DNA of 64,000 nucleotides from a virus: IMG/VR virus record IMGVR_UViG_3300002835_000025; one strand, 5' to 3'. Shown piece by piece: positions 56,460 to 64,000 of this stretch (position 1 is its first letter; each line of letters starts with the position of its first letter). The notes under the pieces were generated by a model. It saw only the letters and a program-made list of their open reading frames with translations, ran no database searches and was not told where the DNA came from. The position numbers and the translations under genes were made by a program.

Positions 56460-57108
56460 AAAAATTCATATCCCAGTAGAGCTTCCTAAACTCAAAAGAA
56501 TTAATGTTGATGGAGCAAGATTATATGAAACTCCTACTGGCAATAAGTATCCATCGGTAACTACAGTAACTGGATTACGCAGCAAGAAAGAAATTTTTGA
56601 ATGGCGTAAAGCAGTAGGTGAAGAAGAGGCAAATAAGATTTCTCAAAGAGCAGCTAGAAGAGGAACCAGAATACATAGTCTATGTGAAGATTATATTAAC
56701 AACAAGGATGTACAACCTGATATGTTTGACCGCGAATTATGGCATAGGTTTAAGCCTGTATTGAAACCAATAAATAATATACACTGTCTAGAATCTACTC
56801 TGTTTTCTCATAAATTAGAAGTTGCAGGAACAGTAGATTGTATAGCAGAATATGACGGAGTTCTATCAGTAATAGATTTTAAAACTTCAAGAAGAGTTAA
56901 AGAACTCTCGGACATTCCTGGATATTTTATCCAATGCGCTATGTATGCAGTTGCTTACGCAGAAATGACAGGAATGCAACCAAAACAGTTAATAGTCTTA
57001 ATGGCTATTGATGATGAGGATCCCAGTGTTTTTGTTCAAAAGACAGTTGATTGGATACAGATTGCAGATAAAGAACGCCGGTATTTCCGTCATCGTAAAG
57101 GATTTTAA
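56452..57108 (+). CDS. PD-(D/E)XK exonuclease (lambda-exo/Cas4-like)
   Basis: YPSVTT, RGT..H, AGTVD, IDFKTS, Q...Y. Confidence 0.9.
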   Translation: MNRKIHIPVELPKLKRINVDGARLYETPTGNKYPSVTTVTGLRSKKEIFEWRKAVGEEEANKISQRAARRGTRIHSLCEDYINNKDVQPDMFDRELWHRFKPVLKPINNIHCLESTLFSHKLEVAGTVDCIAEYDGVLSVIDFKTSRRVKELSDIPGYFIQCAMYAVAYAEMTGMQPKQLIVLMAIDDEDPSVFVQKTVDWIQIADKERRYFRHRKGF

Positions 57109-57237
57109 GGAGAGGCTTATAAGTTAAACGTAGTAAAACTCCCACACACTATCAACAGGCAAAACAAGTCGACCGATAATAGGGAAATACTGTATCTGTT
57201 TTGGGTATGGTATCACTGAAAATAGGAGAACTTCAAT

Positions 57238-57717
57238 ATGCGAATATTCATATTGTTAACAAATTTATTATTATTGTCAGTTTCTACCGAATTAACAGGA
57301 AACGAAATGGTGGAACCGATAAAGCAAACGAATCAATCTGTGCCTAAAAAGCATTTATCTAATAAGCTAAAATATTTTACTAGTAGTGATATCCAATGCA
57401 CTGCAGAAACCATTTACTCTGAAGCCAGAGGAGAACATAAAATTGGTCAACATGCAGTAGGTTACACTATAGTCAATAGGTCAACCAAGATACTTCATAA
57501 AAGGCCATGCTCTATTGTTCATCAACAATATACACAAAAAAGAATTCCTAAAAAGGAACAATCCTTATTTCTATCAGTAGCAGAAAATGTTCTAGAAGGC
57601 AAGGTTCCAAATCCAATAGGTAACTTTGATTCATTTGACTCATTCAAAAATAAACGTCATCCAAAAGGTAGTATTCAAATAGGTGGTCATTGGTTCTACA
57701 AAGCTATAAAAACCTAA
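57238..57717 (+). CDS. SleB-like cell wall hydrolase
   Basis: C.A..IY.EARGE...GQ.AV...NR, IG.H.FY. Confidence 0.85.
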   Translation: MRIFILLTNLLLLSVSTELTGNEMVEPIKQTNQSVPKKHLSNKLKYFTSSDIQCTAETIYSEARGEHKIGQHAVGYTIVNRSTKILHKRPCSIVHQQYTQKRIPKKEQSLFLSVAENVLEGKVPNPIGNFDSFDSFKNKRHPKGSIQIGGHWFYKAIKT

Positions 57718-57732
57718 CCTATCTAATCTACT

Positions 57733-57758
57733 AAGTCTTCTTCGGAAGACTTTTTTTT
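57733..57758 (+). terminator. Intrinsic terminator with cUUCGg loop
   Basis: AAGTCTTC-TTCG-GAAGACTT-TTTTTT. Confidence 0.9.
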
Positions 57759-57994
57759 CATCTGATTCTGGAATATGCTAAACTAACAGAACCGTGTGTT
57801 TTTCGCTATTTTTATAATAATAGAATCAATAACTTAGGGACTAGTTTTTCATGGTTTTTTCAAAGATGATAGAATATATGTCTTATTTTTAAAAAAGCTT
57901 GTCTGGTTGACCCAGCCGGAATTATGTTATTACCAATCAATACTTTGCGTAATTATTACTAAAAATATTAATTTATGAAATTAATTGCTTTATT

Positions 57995-58055
57995 AATGTT
58001 TACTTTTGACCGGAAATGATGTATAATTTGTTAACTGGTTTTATCAATACTAGTT
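57995..58055 (+). repeat. 61-bp promoter-containing element, inverted copy of 9472-9532
   Basis: 52/61 identity; GTTTAC-17-TATAAT. Confidence 0.85.
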
Positions 58056-58096
58056 AATGTTATATAGAGTGTCTTAAATTAATAAAGGAATTTTTA

Positions 58097-58669
58097 ATGT
58101 CTACAAACAAAATGTTTTCTCAGATCAATCAATCATTAACTGGCAATAGAGATCAACAGTCATTTTTTCTCTTGATGGACGATATAGAAAACGATACAAT
58201 TAGACCATGTATTGAATGGATTATTGATTCTAATTTCTCTGAAGAACCAGCTGAAATGCTTAACTTAATGATTTGTTCATCAGGTGGTGATCTAAATGCT
58301 GGCTTTGCATTAATTGACGTAATTAGAGGATCTCATATTCCAGTAAGAACTATTGGTATTGGACAAATTGCTTCTGCTGGTTTAATGATTTTTATGTCAG
58401 GAATGAAAGGTCATAGAATTCTTACTCCTAATACTGCAATTCTTTCTCACCAATATTCATGGGGTTCAGTAGGGAAACAACATGAATTATTAGCAGCAAC
58501 AAAGGCATTTGATTTGACTAGTACTATGCTTATGAATCATTATAAAAAGTTCACAAATTTGGAAGAAGAACAAATCAATAAAATCTTGTTGCCTCCTCAT
58601 GATGTCTGGTTAAGTCCTTATGAAGCTTTAGAATATGGTTTAGCAGATGAAGTTAAAGAACTAAATTAA
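58097..58669 (+). CDS. clpP: ClpP-like protease
   Basis: ICSSGG, GQIASAG, LSHQ, D.WL...EALEYGL.D. Confidence 0.88.
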   Translation: MSTNKMFSQINQSLTGNRDQQSFFLLMDDIENDTIRPCIEWIIDSNFSEEPAEMLNLMICSSGGDLNAGFALIDVIRGSHIPVRTIGIGQIASAGLMIFMSGMKGHRILTPNTAILSHQYSWGSVGKQHELLAATKAFDLTSTMLMNHYKKFTNLEEEQINKILLPPHDVWLSPYEALEYGLADEVKELN

Positions 58670-58726
58670 TGTTTACAAATCTAGAATGAATGTTATAATA
58701 GATTCTTAATCACTTAGGAGTCTATT

Positions 58727-58981
58727 ATGAAAACCAATCTTTCTGTTTTATATGGGTTAAAAGAAAAATTCCAATTGCAAAAAGCTTTATCTGAATTGCA
58801 ATTGGAATTGAATTATATTAACGAATGGTTCAATTCTTATAATCAAAAATATTCTAATAGTGTTGTGACTAAGGCAGGTTATGATGATCCTATAAGAAAA
58901 CCATATAATGAAATGTTTGACAGATATGAGAAAACTGTTGAGCAATTTAGACTAGCAAAATATTATTTGGAGATATTATGA
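58727..58981 (+). CDS. Hypothetical protein
   Basis: Promoter 58671-58699, AGGAG RBS. Confidence 0.6.
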   Translation: MKTNLSVLYGLKEKFQLQKALSELQLELNYINEWFNSYNQKYSNSVVTKAGYDDPIRKPYNEMFDRYEKTVEQFRLAKYYLEIL

Positions 58982-59199
58982 ATACTGCCACATCTAACGA
59001 GTTTAGTCTTTTTATTGAGAAACTTTCAACTGAAAAACGTTTAACAAAACTTGATGCGATACTTGAATATTGTAATGAAAACTTTATTGACCCTGATGAT
59101 GTTGTTCCTCATATTAGTAAATCATTAAAGGATAAAATTGAAATGGAACTTCAACATGAAGGAAAACTACCAAAATCTTCTACTATGTCTATTCTATAG
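58978..59199 (+). CDS. 33: Late transcription coactivator gp33
   Basis: FS..IE, DAILEYC..N.ID, ISKSLK.KIE; synteny with 59 and 32. Confidence 0.85.
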   Translation: MNTATSNEFSLFIEKLSTEKRLTKLDAILEYCNENFIDPDDVVPHISKSLKDKIEMELQHEGKLPKSSTMSIL

Positions 59200-59207
59200 G
59201 GTTTATA

Positions 59208-59795
59208 ATGAATGGGTATTCTTTATTCAAATTTGATAAAGCGACAAAACTTCATTTTACTAATGAAAAATATAATGTGTTTGAATATAAGGGAAGTGTT
59301 AGAGGATTAACGTTTGAAAAATTTTTAGAAAAAAGAGATTATAACGTCTATAATGCAGTAGCAAGAAAGTTTGAATCTGAAAAAGAAGCAATACAATTTC
59401 TAGTTGCAAATTATGCATATAGAAATGATAATCCAATTCATAATATTGCAATGGCTGAAAGAAATATTTCAATATGGAATAAAAGAAAACAAAGCATCAG
59501 TCATTTATTCAAAGAAGATATTGATGTCATTAGTCTGCATTTGGAAAAGAAAGGATTAGTAAAATCTGATCTATTTGAAACTAATGGAGATGTTCCAGAA
59601 TTATTTAAACTGTTTATTGGAGGAAAGATATCAGTAGAAACTATGCACATTTTGAATGAAATGAATGATTATATTACAGAATGGGAACCTATCCATTCTG
59701 TAGTCTGGAAAAAAGAATTCTTGGTTATTAAAAAATTAAAGAAATTCGTAAAATTTGATATTGATAAATTAAAGGAGATTTATAATGATTTTTAA
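59208..59795 (+). CDS. 59: Helicase loader gp59
   Basis: KLHF....Y..F.Y.G, F..KRD, IS.ET; synteny. Confidence 0.85.
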   Translation: MNGYSLFKFDKATKLHFTNEKYNVFEYKGSVRGLTFEKFLEKRDYNVYNAVARKFESEKEAIQFLVANYAYRNDNPIHNIAMAERNISIWNKRKQSISHLFKEDIDVISLHLEKKGLVKSDLFETNGDVPELFKLFIGGKISVETMHILNEMNDYITEWEPIHSVVWKKEFLVIKKLKKFVKFDIDKLKEIYNDF

Positions 59796-59892
59796 TGTGT
59801 ACAAATAGACAAATTTAGTGTATAATATATAAGTTGGTAGTCACTAAGACTATTAATAAACATACTTCGCAAATACTAATATAGGAAATAAA

Positions 59893-60804
59893 ATGGATAT
59901 CGCTGCTTTAAGAAAAACACGTAACAACAACTTTGCAAAAATTACTTCAGAATTTGAAAAAATTGTTAATCCACCATCAACTGGTTTTGCTGATGATACT
60001 CGGTATTGGAAACTTGAAAAAGACAAAGCTGGTAATGCATCAGCAATTATCAGATTCCTTCCAACTCTTGAAGGTGATGAACTTCCATGGGTAAGAATCT
60101 TCAATCATGGCTTTCAAGGCCCTACTGGAAAATGGTATATTGAAAATTCTCTTTCTACTTTTAATGAAAATGATCCAGTAGGTGAATTAAATTCTAAATT
60201 GTGGAATTCTGGTAATGATGCCGACAAAAAGATTGCACAAGTAAGAAAACGTAGATTGCAATATACTTCAAACATTCTAGTCATTAGTGATCCCAAACAT
60301 CCTGAAAACGAAGGCAAAGTATTTCTTTACAAATACGGTAAAAAAATCTTTGACATGTTAATGGATAAAGCTAGACCAACATTCGAAGACGAAACACCTG
60401 TAAATGTTTTTGATTTATGGGAAGGTGCAAACTTTAGATTACGTATGCGTCAAGTTGATGGCTGGCCTTCTTATGATAAGTCTGAATTCGAATCTCCATC
60501 GGAATTATTTGGTGGTGATGAAGACAAAATCTTATCAGTAGTTAATAGCCAATACAAATTAAGTGAATTACTTGACAGAAAATACTTCAAATCTTATGAA
60601 GAATTATCGCGCAAATTGAATTCAGTACTAAACACTGAAGGAGAATCTGCTATTAGTGCTTCTCAATTGGCAAATAAAACTGTTGAAGCTCCTACATTCA
60701 AATCTGAACCCGCTCCAGTATTTGAATCAAAACCTGTTCCTGCTGCAACAGCAGATGATGACGATATCATGTCGTATTTCCAAAGTATTGCCGACGAGGA
60801 TTAA
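59893..60804 (+). CDS. 32: ssDNA-binding protein gp32
   Basis: D.R.WK...DKAGN...IRFLP, WYIENS, YGKKIFD, GANF, YDKS.F, acidic tail. Confidence 0.97.
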   Translation: MDIAALRKTRNNNFAKITSEFEKIVNPPSTGFADDTRYWKLEKDKAGNASAIIRFLPTLEGDELPWVRIFNHGFQGPTGKWYIENSLSTFNENDPVGELNSKLWNSGNDADKKIAQVRKRRLQYTSNILVISDPKHPENEGKVFLYKYGKKIFDMLMDKARPTFEDETPVNVFDLWEGANFRLRMRQVDGWPSYDKSEFESPSELFGGDEDKILSVVNSQYKLSELLDRKYFKSYEELSRKLNSVLNTEGESAISASQLANKTVEAPTFKSEPAPVFESKPVPAATADDDDIMSYFQSIADED

Positions 60805-60820
60805 TTCCTAGGTATAAAAG

Positions 60821-60844
60821 AAAGGGGCTTAGCGGCCCCTTTTT
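60821..60844. terminator. Bidirectional terminator
   Basis: AAAGGGGCT-tagc-GGCCCCTTTTT between convergent genes. Confidence 0.85.
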
Positions 60845-60849
60845 AGTGT

Positions 60850-63117
60850 CTAATAGAATTGTCTACTAGCAAATAATTTGCTGACAGTCGAATCATTGTT
60901 TCTTGGATCAAACTTAGTAGGTGCCGATTTTGTTTGAGTAGAAACATTATTAGTTGGAGCTGATATGTTGTTTACCACAGTAGATGAACCACCAGCGCTT
61001 TGAGAAACATCGGCAGATTTATCATAAACTACATTAGCAACATTTGGTTGACTTGCTTCTGGTTTAATTGCTTCTGGTTTAACTTCCTGAGATACGCTGT
61101 CTGGTTTAGTTATTGATGTTGGACTAATACCAATAGCATTTGGTTGACCACCTTCTTGAATTGCTTCTAATGGTTTACTGGATTCTGATTTAATATCAGT
61201 TGATGGTTTAACATCTTCGGTGCCAATAACTTTTTGAAGTTCTAGTACAACTTTGTCTTTTATATCAGTTAAACGATTTCCTGCTTCTGGATCATCTTCA
61301 GGTTTAATACCATATACATCTTCATAAACTTCTCTAGCAAGCAAAGCGGCAGTTGCGGGTATTGCGGTTATCGCAGAACCAACACCACTGGCTGCTTCTA
61401 GTCCCGCACCAACTACATCACCATCAGATAATGTCATTAATGCACCTATACCACCTGCTACAGTACCTAATATTGGTATAGATTTTAAAGCACCTTTTAA
61501 TGCGGCTTTTGGTAATCGTTTAGCAATTGATTCTGATATTTTAGAACCTACATCGCCAACAGCAGTTACACCAGGAACCTTACTGAATGCATTTTTAGCA
61601 CGTTCAAAGAATCCAGCTTTCTTCGGAGTTTCTGGTGTAGCTGGTTTAGGTCTTGAATCGCCTGGTTTAATATCTCCAGTAGTGTCTGGTTTAGGAGTTT
61701 CTGGAACAGTTGTAGTTTTATTTGGTACGATGTCTGGAGTGTTTGGAATAATATCAATAACATCCATTGCCTCTGCGGCACCGACTCCAGCAGCCGCAGC
61801 TCCTAATCCAAATAGACCTTTTTTGCCCATTCCACTTCTACGCTTTCTACTATTATTTCTAGTAGGTTTAGGTCTATCTTTTTTATCGCGTTTATTATCT
61901 AATACATCTTTAAGTTTATCTTCAGCGGCATCTTTAAGAGTATCCAATGGACTCTTATTTTCATCAGCTTTCTTTGTAATTTCTTCAGTACGCTTTTTGA
62001 GTTCTGCTAGAATCAATTGTTGAACTTTGAAAGTATCGTCAAGAATCTTATTCTGCTTGTTCATCAATTCTAGTTGACTATCTTGGTATGTATTAGTCGT
62101 TCTTTGGGTTTCAAGTTTGTCTTCCATTGAAACGTCACTGTGAGTCATTGGTTCAATTGAATCGGATAACTTAGTTATAACATCACGCAATGAATCCACA
62201 ATTGAAGAAAATTCTTTAGTAATTTCAGAATCCATTTTAGGAGGTTCTGGAATAGAAGGTTGTACTAACGGTGTCTGATTATCCAATACCGGTTCTGCAG
62301 GTGGTACAGGTGATTTCTTCATTGAACCTTTACCAACACCAAAGAAATCTGCATCCTTTTCTCTATCAGTCTTTTCAGGATTCTTTATCTTGTATCGTTC
62401 ATCGACTTGAGATAATCCTTTGCCAACTTCAACCTTTTCTTTTAAGTATTCCTGTGCTTTTTGACTTCCGCCTTTAAGGAATTCTTCTTTTGAAAGATTT
62501 CCTCTAGCTTCATTCATACGTCTTTCGTTCTTATTGTTCCGATAGAGTAATGCTTGTTGTTCTTTGTATTGTTGTTTAAGCACTTTTTCGGAACGGGTAC
62601 TACCAAGACCTTTCTGAGTCTTAATGAATTCTTCACGATTTCTAGCATTGGCTGAAAAAGATGTTGATACACCTCTAGCCATTCCTTTAAGAGTACTACC
62701 AACTCCAATTTTACCAGTATCTCTATTACGGAAAGAATCTTTGATATCACCAAACATTTCTTTAACTGCATCCATACGAGTAGCAAAAGTATGGAATGCT
62801 GGATCCTGTTGAGCCTTATCGGCCACGTCAATTCTGGCGTTATCGATAAGAGCTTCACGAATCTTTCTTAATTCATAGATAGACTTATTTTCAGATATCT
62901 TTGCGCGTTCTTCTTCTTTGGCATCAGAATCCTTTCTATCAAGTTCATTAGACTTAGTAGTACTGATTGACAATTTAGTAAAATTGTCTAGTTTGCTTGA
63001 AATATCATTAATATCTTGAGCAATACCTTGCAATTCTGAATTGCTATTGATCTGTACTTCTACCAACTCATCAAATATCTTTTTGTGCTCTATAAGTTCG
63101 TCTATTACTTTACGCAT
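60850..63117 (-). CDS. Baseplate hub / tape-measure-like protein (gp29-like)
   Basis: Long helical protein, KSIPILG and Gly/Ala-rich hydrophobic segments, VVNN..APT tail; follows gp26/gp51. Confidence 0.6.
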   Translation of the reverse strand: MRKVIDELIEHKKIFDELVEVQINSNSELQGIAQDINDISSKLDNFTKLSISTTKSNELDRKDSDAKEEERAKISENKSIYELRKIREALIDNARIDVADKAQQDPAFHTFATRMDAVKEMFGDIKDSFRNRDTGKIGVGSTLKGMARGVSTSFSANARNREEFIKTQKGLGSTRSEKVLKQQYKEQQALLYRNNKNERRMNEARGNLSKEEFLKGGSQKAQEYLKEKVEVGKGLSQVDERYKIKNPEKTDREKDADFFGVGKGSMKKSPVPPAEPVLDNQTPLVQPSIPEPPKMDSEITKEFSSIVDSLRDVITKLSDSIEPMTHSDVSMEDKLETQRTTNTYQDSQLELMNKQNKILDDTFKVQQLILAELKKRTEEITKKADENKSPLDTLKDAAEDKLKDVLDNKRDKKDRPKPTRNNSRKRRSGMGKKGLFGLGAAAAGVGAAEAMDVIDIIPNTPDIVPNKTTTVPETPKPDTTGDIKPGDSRPKPATPETPKKAGFFERAKNAFSKVPGVTAVGDVGSKISESIAKRLPKAALKGALKSIPILGTVAGGIGALMTLSDGDVVGAGLEAASGVGSAITAIPATAALLAREVYEDVYGIKPEDDPEAGNRLTDIKDKVVLELQKVIGTEDVKPSTDIKSESSKPLEAIQEGGQPNAIGISPTSITKPDSVSQEVKPEAIKPEASQPNVANVVYDKSADVSQSAGGSSTVVNNISAPTNNVSTQTKSAPTKFDPRNNDSTVSKLFASRQFY

Positions 63118-63130
63118 GATTCATCCATGG

Positions 63131-63268
63131 TTAATGATTTGCTTTCTGTTCTTTCTGTTCTTCCAAGTATTCAACCAACATAGCAATATAAATTTCCCTC
63201 TCGAATGGTATCATATTCTCAATATCCTCTAAAGAATATTTGTGATACTGCATTAAGGCAAAGTTCAT
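63131..63268 (-). CDS. 51: gp51-like baseplate hub assembly protein (conserved frame extends to the T8 run at 63316)
   Basis: (SHDSLANFYK)MNFALMQYHKYSL.DIENMIPFEREIY. Confidence 0.8.
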   Translation of the reverse strand: MNFALMQYHKYSLEDIENMIPFEREIYIAMLVEYLEEQKEQKANH

Positions 63269-63306
63269 TTTATAGAAATTTGCCAACGAATCATGCGAAA
63301 GGGCAA

Positions 63307-64000
63307 CTAAAAAAAAGTTTCTATACCTTCAATGTACTTGTTGTGTTCCTTCATACAAACCGGACATCTGTATTTTACGGCTTGTCTTAATCTTGGCATT
63401 GTTTCATAAAACTTTACAATGCTAGCAAATTGGTCCGATGTTAAGTTATCGAGGAATTCAGTTAAATCTTCTCTTGTTTGTTCTTTAGCATAATATGTTT
63501 CATTACCTTGATAGATGTAATCAATAGAATCTATAATAAGATTGAAAATGCCACCAATGTCATCTGGGTCCAATCGGTCAAATGCAGTAATGTTATCAAG
63601 ATTAGGATACTTTAAAACCATTCCAGTTTCATCGTACAGTTTAATCTTTTTATTATGTTCAGGATTCTTAGTAACTTCCATCTTGGTCAAATCAAAGTTA
63701 ATTTTTACCTTTGCTTTATCATCAATACAAGTATCACATGAGAAAATAAGATCAACCATTTCTCCTACTGACTTAGCACGAATCTGAAGTAACAGATATT
63801 GCAAGTCAAATATTGCTAAAGAATCGATATCGACTTTATCCATAATACAACTTCTAGCAACTTCCTTTAAAGTATCGACCATGACTTTTTGGTCTTCGCT
63901 TTGCTGTGCCATAAGAAGTGCTTTGTGTTCCTTGATGAGAAAAGGTTTGAACTTTATCTTTTGGTCAGTTGATGGTATAGTTGTATTATAAACTGTAGTT
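63307..64000 (-). CDS. 26: gp26 baseplate hub assembly protein (5' end outside window)
   Basis: Y..TIPST...IKFKPFLIKE.K.LL, FDL.Y..L.IRAKSVGE, CPVC, EG..TFF. Confidence 0.9.
   Translation of the reverse strand, partial: TTVYNTTIPSTDQKIKFKPFLIKEHKALLMAQQSEDQKVMVDTLKEVARSCIMDKVDIDSLAIFDLQYLLLQIRAKSVGEMVDLIFSCDTCIDDKAKVKINFDLTKMEVTKNPEHNKKIKLYDETGMVLKYPNLDNITAFDRLDPDDIGGIFNLIIDSIDYIYQGNETYYAKEQTREDLTEFLDNLTSDQFASIVKFYETMPRLRQAVKYRCPVCMKEHNKYIEGIETFF

Noticed and set aside
56452-57108. Cas4 / CRISPR system
   Set aside because: Stand-alone phage PD-(D/E)XK exonuclease; no array or cas genes, and no Cys cluster.
57150-57210. c-di-GMP-I riboswitch (GGCAAA)
   Set aside because: No GNRA-capped P2 or P3 receptor pattern follows.
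59830-59892. gp32 autoregulatory pseudoknot
   Set aside because: Only a 5-bp hairpin (TAGTC/GACTA) and an A-rich leader; the second stem is not convincing.
1-64000. tRNA/rRNA genes or stop-codon reassignment
   Set aside because: No cloverleaf or T-loop motif was found by eye in the gaps, and core genes are full length in code 11 using all three stops. A tRNAscan run would be definitive.

Overview
This is a 64-kb, AT-rich segment of a lytic T4-like (Tevenvirinae/Straboviridae-related) myovirus. The host is probably Gram-negative, judging by the spanins, lipoproteins and sigma70-type early promoters. From left to right it contains: gp40/gp41; late internal-head and structural genes; an Rz/Rz1 spanin pair; a four-gene DNA-glycosylation operon; a gp61 zinc-binding domain with no catalytic domain; nrdB/nrdA; DNA ligase, dsbA and rnh; an hmC cassette (NTP pyrophosphatases, AEP primase, denB, gp42); cd, td and frd; about 25 kb of small early genes behind repeated promoter cassettes; phoH, an exonuclease, clpP, gp33, gp59 and gp32; and a reverse-strand baseplate block (gp26, gp51, tape-measure-like). 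The best candidate for an undescribed system is a hydroxymethylcytosine hypermodification pathway. In it, a T4 beta-glucosyltransferase homologue is translationally coupled to a SAM methyltransferase, a YvcK/CofD-HAD fusion and a sugar nucleotidyltransferase, which suggests the phage makes its own, possibly methylated, non-glucose sugar donor. Other notable signals are an apparent DnaG-to-AEP primase replacement or split, a -1 slippery site fusing gp26 to gp51 upstream of the tape-measure-like gene, early promoters whose -10 box sits at the centre of covarying palindromes, a 61-bp element repeated in inverted orientation 48.5 kb apart, and many proteins carrying T4 capsid-targeting sequences. 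All assignments come from motif recognition by eye; no database searches were run.
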